A stretch of DNA of 64,000 bases from a virus (taxonomy: Duplodnaviria; Heunggongvirae; Uroviricota; Caudoviricetes). The stretch spans positions 100,007 to 164,006 of the IMG/VR virus record IMGVR_UViG_3300028832_000001. One strand, written 5' to 3'. The notes under the pieces were generated by a model that had not been told where the DNA came from, did no database searches, and was given only the letters and a program-made list of their open reading frames with translations. The position numbers and the translations under genes are program-made. Below are positions 9,716 through 18,792 of this stretch, piece by piece; positions within the stretch are counted from its first letter, which is position 1; each line of letters starts with the position of its first letter.

Positions 9716-12700
9716 TTATTGAAATGACCATGTACTTGTTGAAGCATCCCAATGTAAATCACCTTGACCCATCGCAGTAGTAAGGAAATCAAATAGCTTA
9801 CCAAGCATGCTATTAGGATCAGCTTTATATGTTTTTGCGGAAACTGTACCATCAGCAGAAACAATCATTGCATTTGATAATTCTACAACATTTGGATTTT
9901 CAATATCTGCATAATTTACCTTATTACAATTTGGGTCAGATACATCATGATTTGCACCACTAAAGAAATAACCGTCATATTCATATGCTTTAAGGCGACC
10001 ATTACCAATAGCAAATATTATACCACTATTTGGTATTGCTACCATCTCATCATTAATCCAAGCAGATGTAGTTCTTACACAACCATCTACTTTTTGGTTA
10101 TACTGACCCATAATAGTTTGATGCTGATTTGCTTTTAAGTATGCGCCAATAGTTGTGGAATGATGTCCTCTATTAACGTTACCTATACCCATACCAATCT
10201 GACAAGAACCGCTTAAACCATTATTATAAGTACCAATTAAAATATTATTACTATAATAAAGGTCACTATCACTAAATAATGTATTTCTATCACCAATTAA
10301 TACATTAGAATTATATTTTTTAGAAACACCATTGAGAACACCAAACATATAGTTTCTATCATTATGATCACTAGTATGTCCTAGTATATTTCCATGATCT
10401 GTAATACCAAATAATGTACCTGATTTAGTTGCACCAAAATAGTTATCAGTACCAATAATAGCATTATCAGTAGTAGTACCAGCAGATGTTTTAATATAGT
10501 TATTAGCACCATATACGAAGTTACGGTCTAATCTGTTATTAGTTGGTGGGACAGTAATTTCTAATCTATTACCTACACCATAAACGAAGTTTCTACTTGC
10601 ATTATTACTGTCTGTAGTTAAGTGCGCAGTTTCTGAGCCTAAATAACCAACACTATTCATTTCACCTATAACATAGGTTCCAATTGAATTTTGAAGAGTA
10701 TTACCAATACCACAGAGTAAGCATTCACAAAGATATTTAGCAATAAAGTCTCCATAGATAAATGAACGGTTTGTATACATAGCAACAGAATCGCTAAGGT
10801 CATTATAAGTATCGGTTTCATGCATATTACCAAAAATATAAGTTTCATTGGTATTATATGCAGCTCCTTTAAATATTATATTATTTTTTAAGCATTGAGT
10901 AGCGCCATTTAAGCTAGAACAAAAATTATTCGGTTTATCTGCTCTATAATATCCTTTGAATAAGAAGTTTTCTGTGGTATATCTGTTATTTGCTGAAAGG
11001 ACAGAACCGAATAATACATTTTGTGTAAATACTGAATTAACTTGTTTTTCAGTATCAAATGTAGCAGTAACTTGTGAATTAATTATAATATTATCAGCTA
11101 GATATTCAACACCAGAGAAACTTAAAGTATCACAGTTTTCAGAACCTTGAGAATTTAAGAAGATATTTTCGGTGAAATATCCCTGTGCAAATGTTGGTGC
11201 ATATGCTTTCAAGTCAGTATTATGAAGAATATTAGCATTAGCTATACAAAAATGATCAATTTCAACTTTTCTGGAATTAAACATTATGTTTTTACTAAAT
11301 GAACCATTAAAATAAGGCCAACCAATATGTTTATGTAATATTATCTCACCATCATTACCAAGACTTTCCAGATTATATAGGAAGTTATACTCAATATTAC
11401 CTTCTTCTGCAGAGAATGTATCAGGAAAATCTACACCATGAGCATAGTTTCCGTGTATTGTGGTTGCATATATAGATGTTGATCTGATATATTGTAAATC
11501 ATAAAGTTTGTTATCATCAAATGAATGTGAAAATATATTTACAGAACCATTTGCATGATTTATAATATTATTTGTTCCATAAGTTGAAATAAGTTTAAAA
11601 TTACCAGGACTACCAACATTTTCAAAGTAATTATTATATAATGAACCACTTAATTCAAACCTACCGCCACCACCGGCAACATGTTTAACGGTATTACGAT
11701 TAAACTCACCACCACCTGAAATAGTTACATTAGAGACATCGTAAAATTCGTTTCCAATAATTCCTGGCGATCCTTCATTGTAGTTTCTTATATATTTTAC
11801 TCCACGAGCATGAGTAAAATCATTATCTTGAAATGGCATTTCAACAAATTGATTACCATAATAAGTGCTACGAATATTGCCGTAATCTATTTTTACTGTA
11901 GCATTAGTAAATTCATTGTGTTCAAAACCATACTTATACCAATCATCTGGTTTATTAACACCAACAATAGTAGAAAAATATATTTTATTAAGACCTACAC
12001 CAGCATCAGAATGACCAAGTGAAAAGTCATAGCCAGAAAAAAGTGATAAAAATGCAATATTATTATGGCCATCAATACGCGAACGAATATTGAAATTTTG
12101 ATAACCGATACTTCTAGTGTCAAATTTTACCGTATTACTATAATCTGGCAAATAATAATTATTTGCATTTAAGTTAGTAACACCTATTACGATATTTTCA
12201 CCACCAGATGCTAATACTCCTTTACCAATTGCAATATCATAGTTACGAATAGCAGAGTTTTCAAGACCAAATGCTAATGTAAAACCATCGTTATTCTGGC
12301 TAGTACTATCTAATTCCAAATCACTTTGTGTGGTTTCGGAATAGTTTTTAGAACCGAAAATGAAAGCGTTTCTTGTAGTGTTGGCAGAGTTATCGTTACC
12401 AACAATAAAATTCTGCGTATTATAAACTTTTGTATTATTGTCTTTAATTAATTTATCAGTGCTTTTAGATTCATTACCATTACCAATAATGATAGAATTA
12501 CCATGTGCGGAGTTACCAGAACCAATATAGTAATTATTATCGCCTTCTATATCAGTATCATGATCTTCAGACCAGTTTTTCCAGCTATTGCTGGCACCTT
12601 CAAGATCTTGCAATAATTCTATAATTTTATCATCACGATTCTTTAACGGTCCAATTGTATTTGCTTGTAACCAGTTACCATCAGCAACGGTATTTCTATC

Positions 12701-12760
12701 CCAGCTTGAAACTGGCAATTCCTCATTAAATTCTTCTACGGTAGGTATATTAGTTGCCAT
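9716..12760 (-). CDS. tail fiber / tailspike with Asn/Gly-rich beta-helix-like repeats
   Basis: The 1014-aa product has degenerate short repeats rich in N, G, S and T (e.g. GNSIIIGNGNESKS, NFIVGNDNSANTTRNAFIFGSKNYSE). This is typical of right-handed beta-helix fibers. A TATAAATA lies 25 nt upstream with an SD-like AAGGAC. Two GT genes lie immediately downstream. Confidence 0.55.
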   Translation of the reverse strand: MATNIPTVEEFNEELPVSSWDRNTVADGNWLQANTIGPLKNRDDKIIELLQDLEGASNSWKNWSEDHDTDIEGDNNYYIGSGNSAHGNSIIIGNGNESKSTDKLIKDNNTKVYNTQNFIVGNDNSANTTRNAFIFGSKNYSETTQSDLELDSTSQNNDGFTLAFGLENSAIRNYDIAIGKGVLASGGENIVIGVTNLNANNYYLPDYSNTVKFDTRSIGYQNFNIRSRIDGHNNIAFLSLFSGYDFSLGHSDAGVGLNKIYFSTIVGVNKPDDWYKYGFEHNEFTNATVKIDYGNIRSTYYGNQFVEMPFQDNDFTHARGVKYIRNYNEGSPGIIGNEFYDVSNVTISGGGEFNRNTVKHVAGGGGRFELSGSLYNNYFENVGSPGNFKLISTYGTNNIINHANGSVNIFSHSFDDNKLYDLQYIRSTSIYATTIHGNYAHGVDFPDTFSAEEGNIEYNFLYNLESLGNDGEIILHKHIGWPYFNGSFSKNIMFNSRKVEIDHFCIANANILHNTDLKAYAPTFAQGYFTENIFLNSQGSENCDTLSFSGVEYLADNIIINSQVTATFDTEKQVNSVFTQNVLFGSVLSANNRYTTENFLFKGYYRADKPNNFCSSLNGATQCLKNNIIFKGAAYNTNETYIFGNMHETDTYNDLSDSVAMYTNRSFIYGDFIAKYLCECLLCGIGNTLQNSIGTYVIGEMNSVGYLGSETAHLTTDSNNASRNFVYGVGNRLEITVPPTNNRLDRNFVYGANNYIKTSAGTTTDNAIIGTDNYFGATKSGTLFGITDHGNILGHTSDHNDRNYMFGVLNGVSKKYNSNVLIGDRNTLFSDSDLYYSNNILIGTYNNGLSGSCQIGMGIGNVNRGHHSTTIGAYLKANQHQTIMGQYNQKVDGCVRTTSAWINDEMVAIPNSGIIFAIGNGRLKAYEYDGYFFSGANHDVSDPNCNKVNYADIENPNVVELSNAMIVSADGTVSAKTYKADPNSMLGKLFDFLTTAMGQGDLHWDASTSTWSFQ

Positions 12761-12892
12761 ATTAAGTCCTTTTTTAATCTTATCTTATTTATAATATTTT
12801 CTGGACATTATAAAATATTATTTTAAAGAAATTTCAGAATTTATTTAAAATAAGTTTACAAAATTCTATAAACCTTTTATATTTGTTTCATA

Positions 12893-13160
12893 TTTTTTAC
12901 ATTAAAGTCCTATTACTGGCTCGGAGTTCAACTCAATGAATTGTCGGATAAGTTTAGGCTAGTTGGAATCATAGGTGTGGTTCCAGGTAAAAACTAATTC
13001 ACCATCGACGTATTACTATAGCATGTAATACTTTAAGCCGCCATTGGTATTGAAAGATGTAGCTGGAGTACAGGATGACCGACCCATAAGCTTTCAAATA
13101 AATCCACTTAGTCGAAGACAGATGATCTTTTGCCTATTTTCCTAAATAGGCTTATTGTCT
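12893..13160 (+). ncRNA. candidate structured non-coding RNA (GC-elevated island with own promoter-like and terminator-like elements)
   Basis: The ~400-nt ORF-free gap is visibly GC-richer than its flanks. A TATATTTG -10-like element lies at ~12879-12886. A perfect 8-bp hairpin (gcctattt-tcct-aaataggc) at ~13131-13152 is followed by TTATTG. No tRNA cloverleaf was found by eye. Confidence 0.25.
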
Positions 13161-13211
13161 CAGAACAGATATTTTGAACGTGTGTGTAGATAAGTTTAAT
13201 ATAAATAATAT

Positions 13212-13682
13212 ATGAATTTTAAAGATTATGTAGATAAACACTTAGATTTATTAAATGAGGTCAAAGGTATTGATTTAATCAATAATTTTAAAAAAGTATT
13301 CCCATTTTCTAAGGAAAGTAATCTTACAGTAAAGCATTTTAATATAAAAGGTGAAGATACTGATACATTAGAAGCTACTGGTACAGTTTCTTCAGAATCT
13401 GAACCAGGTAATTCATATGTTTGTATGGCAAAATTTCATAGAGAAAATAATGAATTGCCATTTTCTTTACAAAATATGTGTAAAGTTTCTTGTAATTGTA
13501 ATGCTTATAGATATAATTTAAGCCATCCAAATTCCAAGAATTCTTCTCAAGCAGAGCCTATTCCAGGATATGCAAGTATAGCTAACACAGTAAGAAACCC
13601 GGATAAAAATGTAGGTGTTTGCAAACATTTATATGCATTTCTGCACTTTTTATATGAAAAAGGAATTATAAGAAATAACTAG
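13212..13682 (+). CDS. SWIM-type zinc-finger protein
   Basis: CxCxnCxH arrangement (SCNCNAY ... GVCKHLYAF) near the C-terminus. 156 aa. Confidence 0.4.
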   Translation: MNFKDYVDKHLDLLNEVKGIDLINNFKKVFPFSKESNLTVKHFNIKGEDTDTLEATGTVSSESEPGNSYVCMAKFHRENNELPFSLQNMCKVSCNCNAYRYNLSHPNSKNSSQAEPIPGYASIANTVRNPDKNVGVCKHLYAFLHFLYEKGIIRNN

Positions 13683-13692
13683 GAGATAAAAA

Positions 13693-14001
13693 ATGTATAA
13701 AAACAAGTATTTTACAAAGAATAACGAAATCGACGTTACAGAGATGCTTAACGCAATTCCTGCACAGATGACTCTTGACGAAAAGACCGATTGGCTTGAA
13801 GCATTCGATTGTCTTGATGAAGAGACACAGGATGAATTGGTAGGTGTTCGTAACATCATGTCTGAACGTCGCCATACCCCAGTTGCAGACGATGAAATCG
13901 AAGATGAAACTGAATTTTCTGACGAACCAGAAGATGAAGCAGAAGCTTATTTCATGCGTAAAGCAAATGAATTCGATAGAAAGAAATCAATGTCTCGATA
14001 A
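13693..14001 (+). CDS. small highly acidic protein (possible DNA mimic / anti-restriction-like)
   Basis: 102 aa with a long Asp/Glu-rich stretch (DDEIEDETEFSDEPEDEAEAYF). SD is aggagataaaaaATG. Confidence 0.35.
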   Translation: MYKNKYFTKNNEIDVTEMLNAIPAQMTLDEKTDWLEAFDCLDEETQDELVGVRNIMSERRHTPVADDEIEDETEFSDEPEDEAEAYFMRKANEFDRKKSMSR

Positions 14002-14066
14002 TTAGAATAATTAGAAAAAAGTAACGTATTGTTTACATAGCAATACGTTTTTCTATATTTGTAAAT

Positions 14067-14942
14067 ATGATAAATTATAATAATCCTAAATTAAGAGTCC
14101 TTAATTGTACACACTATGACATGGACGGTTGCGGTGCTTCTATTGTCTTAAAGAATTTCTATGAAGATGTTATTGTAGTTCCTGTAACTTATAACACGGA
14201 ATGGAAACTTCTTGATGACATTCGTCAATATGAAGGAAAGTATGATGCAATTATTTGCACAGACTTCTATCCAGCACAGACAATCAATGATTTAAGAAAG
14301 TTGTCAACTACATTAGTTCTTGACCATCATGAATCGGTTGTCGATAAGAATAACGATACTGATATTATTATCAATACGTTATATTCTGGAACTAAGCTTG
14401 CCTATAAGTTTGTCAGTAAGTTCAAAGACGTTTCATATCTTGAAAAGCTAGTTGATATTATTGACGATTATGACATGTTTAGACTGAAGATTCCAGCAAG
14501 TGTATATTTCAATAACCTTTTCTGGGAAATGGGTCATAAGTGGTTTACCAGACGTTTCATTACTGGAAATACAGTAATGTACCCTGAAGAAAAGCGATAT
14601 TTTATCGATGCCAAGAAAGAATTTGATAAAATGTATGAAACACTTGAAATTACAGATTTAGCTAGAAACGGTGTATTCTTTGAAACAGACCGATTCCATT
14701 ATGAATGTATCGAAGCACTCAAGAAAGACGGTTATAAGTGGTTTGCAATCAAGAATAAAGGTAATATTTCTGTTCGTTGTGATGATATTGATTTAACTGA
14801 AATTTTCAAGAAACTTGGTCGCGGAGGTGGTCATGCACATGCGGGTGGAGTTCCTCTTACTAAGACAGATAATGTTGCAGAATGGGTAAGAAAAATTGAA
14901 TACTTTATCGATGATTATTACATGAATATGATTGATGATTAA
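14067..14942 (+). CDS. DHH/DHHA1 family phosphoesterase (NrnA/RecJ-like)
   Basis: DHH motif (VLDHHES) with upstream Asp-rich motifs (HYDMDGCGA, ICTDFY). DHHA1 GGGH motif (LGRGGGHAHAGG) at the C-terminus. Confidence 0.7.
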   Translation: MINYNNPKLRVLNCTHYDMDGCGASIVLKNFYEDVIVVPVTYNTEWKLLDDIRQYEGKYDAIICTDFYPAQTINDLRKLSTTLVLDHHESVVDKNNDTDIIINTLYSGTKLAYKFVSKFKDVSYLEKLVDIIDDYDMFRLKIPASVYFNNLFWEMGHKWFTRRFITGNTVMYPEEKRYFIDAKKEFDKMYETLEITDLARNGVFFETDRFHYECIEALKKDGYKWFAIKNKGNISVRCDDIDLTEIFKKLGRGGGHAHAGGVPLTKTDNVAEWVRKIEYFIDDYYMNMIDD

Positions 14943-14945
14943 AAA

Positions 14946-14985
14946 GAAAAGGATATATTTACATATATCCTTTTTTATATTTTAA
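14946..14985. terminator. bidirectional terminator (aaaggatatat-ttac-atatatccttt + T-run)
   Basis: 11-bp inverted repeat between convergent genes. Confidence 0.55.
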
Positions 14986-14994
14986 ATTTTTAAA

Positions 14995-15933
14995 TTAAAG
15001 AATTTTATAACCTTTTTGCTTTAAGAATTCAACCGCTTCTTGTACTTGCCTACTTGATCTTCTTTGCATGATTTCTTGTTGGAATTTTTGAGTAAATTTC
15101 TTAAGAGCATCTGGATCTTTTATCTCTGCAGGTAATCTATCGTAAACACCAAGTTCTTCAGCTTTTTTACAAAGGACGTTTGGTCTAAAACGTTTAGTAA
15201 TAACAAGGTCCATAATTTCATCTTCTGTTCCAGTGCGAAGAATATCTACAACTTCAGGTTGAGTTCTAATTTCCAATCTATTCCAAATCTTTGGTTTCAT
15301 AATTGGTTGGTTGAAATTGAACTTATAACTATCTTTATTTGCTCTTGATTGCAACTGACCGATAGTATAACCTTTTCTAATTAATTTACTATGGTTTCCA
15401 GAATAGAAATCAGCAATATCGCTTTCATCTTTCCAACCTTCAATAGTTGCTTTTAATATATGTTGACGAACAGCCTTTTGAACTTCTGCATCAGGTTTAA
15501 TATCAATGTCTAAGTCATTATTCGGCATTGCAACATAATCTTGAGAAGTATCTTCATCGTCTTCCTTAGGGAAACGGTTGATAGTTCCGGTATATTCAGG
15601 AATGTCGATATATTTGTTCTTATACTGTTCGATTACTTCATCAGTTAAAATTTCAGAAACGAACCAAGGAACACGATAATTTTCACCCATGGTTAAATAA
15701 CCAAACATTAAAGCTCGTTTTGCAAAATTATCTGCTCTTTTTAAGAACTCACTTTTTTCTTCCCTGTTATTACCAACATTGCCACTTTTTAAGAATTTGA
15801 TTAAGTTAGTAATTGTATTATGACATGCTACGAAATAACTTTTTTTGTATTGGCTATTTTTATTTTCTTCTACAAGTTCTTTAGTTTTTGCAAGTGCTTT
15901 TCTCAAGCCAAGCATTAATGAATCATATCCCAT
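14995..15933 (-). CDS. hypothetical late protein carrying a C-terminal copy of the LK-x-x-GY motif
   Basis: 312 aa. TATAAATA at 15957-15964 (minus) lies 23 nt upstream with SD AAGGAAA. The C-terminus ...AVEFLKQKGYKIL matches the motif shared by the 50.7-53.1 kb paralogs. Confidence 0.45.
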   Translation of the reverse strand: MGYDSLMLGLRKALAKTKELVEENKNSQYKKSYFVACHNTITNLIKFLKSGNVGNNREEKSEFLKRADNFAKRALMFGYLTMGENYRVPWFVSEILTDEVIEQYKNKYIDIPEYTGTINRFPKEDDEDTSQDYVAMPNNDLDIDIKPDAEVQKAVRQHILKATIEGWKDESDIADFYSGNHSKLIRKGYTIGQLQSRANKDSYKFNFNQPIMKPKIWNRLEIRTQPEVVDILRTGTEDEIMDLVITKRFRPNVLCKKAEELGVYDRLPAEIKDPDALKKFTQKFQQEIMQRRSSRQVQEAVEFLKQKGYKIL

Positions 15934-16051
15934 AGTATTTTCCTTAATTTTTATTATATTTATAAAAAATACGGATAAATGTAAAATTTTATTTACAATA
16001 ACCAGAAAATTTCTATATTTTATATGATATAATATAAATAGAATAAAAAAT

Positions 16052-17533
16052 ATGGTTGATATTGTAATTGAAAAATCTAACGAATCTTTTGCTCAGCTAC
16101 ATTGTGACGAAGAAATAAATCATGAAATAAATAACCTTTTTTCGGCTTTTGCTCCAGGTTATAGATTCAATCCAAGATATGTAAATCACCTCTGGGATGG
16201 AAAAACCAGAGTCTATTCTCCTATTACACAGTTACTTCCAATAGGGTTAGTTTCTAACCTTATGAAGTGGTGTGATACTAAGAAATATACGTATAAAATG
16301 GATTTTTTCGATGATTTTACTGATGAAATTGATAAGGATGAATTAAGAGAAACTATCAATGGATATGTAAAAAAATTCGATGTAAGAGATTATCAGTTTA
16401 AGGCAGTTTATGAAGCATTAACTAATAAGAAAGGTATTTTGCTTTCTTGTACTGGTTCTGGTAAATCTTTGATGATTTATTGCATTTTCAGATATTTGCT
16501 TGAAAAGAAGAAATTGAAACATTTATTGCTTATTGTTCCTAATACATCGCTCGTAGAACAGATGTATACAGACTTTATTGATTATGGTTGGGATAATATC
16601 GAAGATTCTGTTGAATTATTGTATTCTGGTAAGAAACCAACTTATAGATTACCAGTTTTGATTTCCACTTGGCAAAGTTTACAAACTCAAGATAAGAGTT
16701 TCTTTGATAAGTATAATTGTGTTCTTGTTGACGAGTGCCAACAGAGTAAAGCAAACGTTCTTTCAAAAATTTTGAAAGCTTCATTCAATGCAGAATATAA
16801 GATAGGAACTACTGGTACTTTACCTAAGGAATTATCTGACCAGTTAGTTATTAATTCGGTCATTGGTAACGTTATTTTTGAATTGAAATCCTCTCAACTT
16901 ATCGATGAAGGATATTTGGCTAAAATGTCTGTTGCTGGTATTTTCTTGAAATATCCAGATGAATTTATTGCAGAAAATAAGAATAGAACGTATCAAGAAG
17001 AAGTAAAGATGGTCGAGGAATATGAGAATAGAAATGACGTCCTCAAGTTTATTATTGACCATTCGAAACCTACTGATAATATGCTCGTTTTATTGACTCA
17101 TAAGGCACATTTACAGTCTACTATTGAATATTTAAAGAAGTTATATCCTGATAGAAATGTAAGCGAAATTAGTGGTGATATTAAGACTAAGACTAGAGAA
17201 AATATTAGAACAGGAATTGAAAATGAAGAAGGTTCGATAATTGTTGCTACTTATAAAACAATGGCAGCAGGTGTCAATATTCCTAAATTACACAGTGTCG
17301 TTCTTTATTCTAATAGTAAATCCAGAATCCAAGTTTTACAGTCTATTGGTAGAGGATTGAGACTTCACAAGACTAAAAATAAGGTCATTATTTACGATAT
17401 TATTGACGATTTAAGTTATAAAACAAGAACTGGAAAAACCAAGAAAAATTATTGTATGCAACATTACGATGAAAGATTGGAGTTCTATAAAGAACAGAAT
17501 TTCCCAGTAATTACGATAAATCGCAACATTTAA
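16052..17533 (+). CDS. SF2 DEAD/DEAH-box helicase (UvsW-like / RecG-like)
   Basis: Motif I (CTGSGKS), motif II (LVDECQQ) and motif VI (QSIGRGLR). 493 aa. Confidence 0.7.
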   Translation: MVDIVIEKSNESFAQLHCDEEINHEINNLFSAFAPGYRFNPRYVNHLWDGKTRVYSPITQLLPIGLVSNLMKWCDTKKYTYKMDFFDDFTDEIDKDELRETINGYVKKFDVRDYQFKAVYEALTNKKGILLSCTGSGKSLMIYCIFRYLLEKKKLKHLLLIVPNTSLVEQMYTDFIDYGWDNIEDSVELLYSGKKPTYRLPVLISTWQSLQTQDKSFFDKYNCVLVDECQQSKANVLSKILKASFNAEYKIGTTGTLPKELSDQLVINSVIGNVIFELKSSQLIDEGYLAKMSVAGIFLKYPDEFIAENKNRTYQEEVKMVEEYENRNDVLKFIIDHSKPTDNMLVLLTHKAHLQSTIEYLKKLYPDRNVSEISGDIKTKTRENIRTGIENEEGSIIVATYKTMAAGVNIPKLHSVVLYSNSKSRIQVLQSIGRGLRLHKTKNKVIIYDIIDDLSYKTRTGKTKKNYCMQHYDERLEFYKEQNFPVITINRNI

Positions 17534-17582
17534 ATATAAATATCATACACACAAACGTATAAACAAAAGTGAGGAATAAAAA

Positions 17583-18218
17583 ATGAACTATCTATATATT
17601 GGCATTCTATCAATTGCCGCAATCATAATAATTGGCTTGGGTATCAAGCTTGCAATCACAAAAGCAAACATCAAGAAGAAGAAGGAACTTGCAGCAAAAC
17701 GTAAGGAACTTCTTGCAAAGCGTGACCATGAAATCATGGAAGACACAGCTAAGATTCTTGAAAAGTTCCCGCCTGCAAATGGTCCAGATCCGATTAAGGA
17801 ACCAGACTATGATAACCAGTATACTTCTGAAAATTCAGAACCGTTGGTTATTGCAGAAAAGGATGAACTTACTGAACTTTCTGAAAAGCTTGATGAAGTC
17901 GATACTCATGGTAATGTTATTACAGCTGCAACCGATAAACTTGGAATCATTGCATCTAAGCCAATTCCGGTTGAAGGTGTTATCGATGAAGAATCCTTAA
18001 AGACAATCGGTGAAGCAGTTGCAGCACTTGAACCTAAGAAGACTAGAAAGAAGACAACTAAGAAGGCTACAAAGAAGCCTGCCAAGAAACCAGCTAAGAA
18101 AGCAACTCCTAAGAAGGCAGTTAAACCAGTAAAGGCTAAGGATATTGGTGTTACAGTTGTTGAAGAACCAGTCAAGCCAAAACGTAAATACACTAAGAAA
18201 GCAAAGGTAACTAAATAA
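17583..18218 (+). CDS. membrane-anchored protein with Lys/Pro/Ala-rich (histone H1-like) C-terminal tail
   Basis: N-terminal TM helix (LYIGILSIAAIIIIGLGI). The C-terminus reads KKTRKKTTKKATKKPAKKPAKKATPKKAVKPVKAK. Confidence 0.45.
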   Translation: MNYLYIGILSIAAIIIIGLGIKLAITKANIKKKKELAAKRKELLAKRDHEIMEDTAKILEKFPPANGPDPIKEPDYDNQYTSENSEPLVIAEKDELTELSEKLDEVDTHGNVITAATDKLGIIASKPIPVEGVIDEESLKTIGEAVAALEPKKTRKKTTKKATKKPAKKPAKKATPKKAVKPVKAKDIGVTVVEEPVKPKRKYTKKAKVTK

Positions 18219-18616
18219 TGAGTGATATGGTATGTGATATTTGTGGTGAACCATTTACATCTACCCGTCATAGAGGTTCACATTATTGGAATAAGCACAA
18301 GATTAAATATTCTGAATATGTAAATCAGAATTCTGCAATTAACAATGTTATTGACGAAATGAATAAGCCAGATGTTGCAGTCCAGCAACCACAGGTTATT
18401 CAAGAAGCTAAGACAGTAAAGCCTGCAGAAGCATTGTTCCAGCCGACTCAGATTACCGAAGCTAAGGAATTTGTCAATGAAGCACCAGCAGCAATTATTG
18501 ACAGAGAACTTATGAAGGAAGCTGAACGTAAGGACACAGATTTTGTTCAGACTGTCAGAAATCCATATAAGGATTTATATAATGATGGTGGTCAGGTTCT
18601 TAATGAATGGCTTTAA
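18218..18616 (+). CDS. C2H2-like zinc-finger protein
   Basis: CDICGEPFTSTRHRGSHYWNKH (C-x2-C...H-x4-H) at the N-terminus. Start overlaps the upstream stop (ATGA). Confidence 0.4.
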   Translation: MSDMVCDICGEPFTSTRHRGSHYWNKHKIKYSEYVNQNSAINNVIDEMNKPDVAVQQPQVIQEAKTVKPAEALFQPTQITEAKEFVNEAPAAIIDRELMKEAERKDTDFVQTVRNPYKDLYNDGGQVLNEWL

Positions 18617-18792
18617 AAATTAAATAAAAAATACAAATAAATGTTTCCAAACGCAAAAATTTGGAAACATTTTTCTATATTTACTTATATAAATAAACTA
18701 GTTGATAATAATAAAATGATGAAGATTGGGGCGTGGATTTTCATCAATTATCAATGGAAAGCGCATGACGATGAATAATAAGGAAGATAAAT

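Noticed and set aside
12860-13160. tRNA or tmRNA in the GC-rich intergenic island
   Set aside because: By eye I could not find a 7-bp acceptor stem with a GTTC-type T-arm, or a tmRNA tag ORF. It is kept only as a generic ncRNA candidate.
17632-18271. Overlapping ORFs in alternate frames and antisense to the Lys-rich membrane protein gene
   Set aside because: The repetitive AAG/AAA/GCA sequence yields long open frames in several phases. Only the 17583..18218 frame has a start with an SD and a coherent TM plus basic tail architecture.
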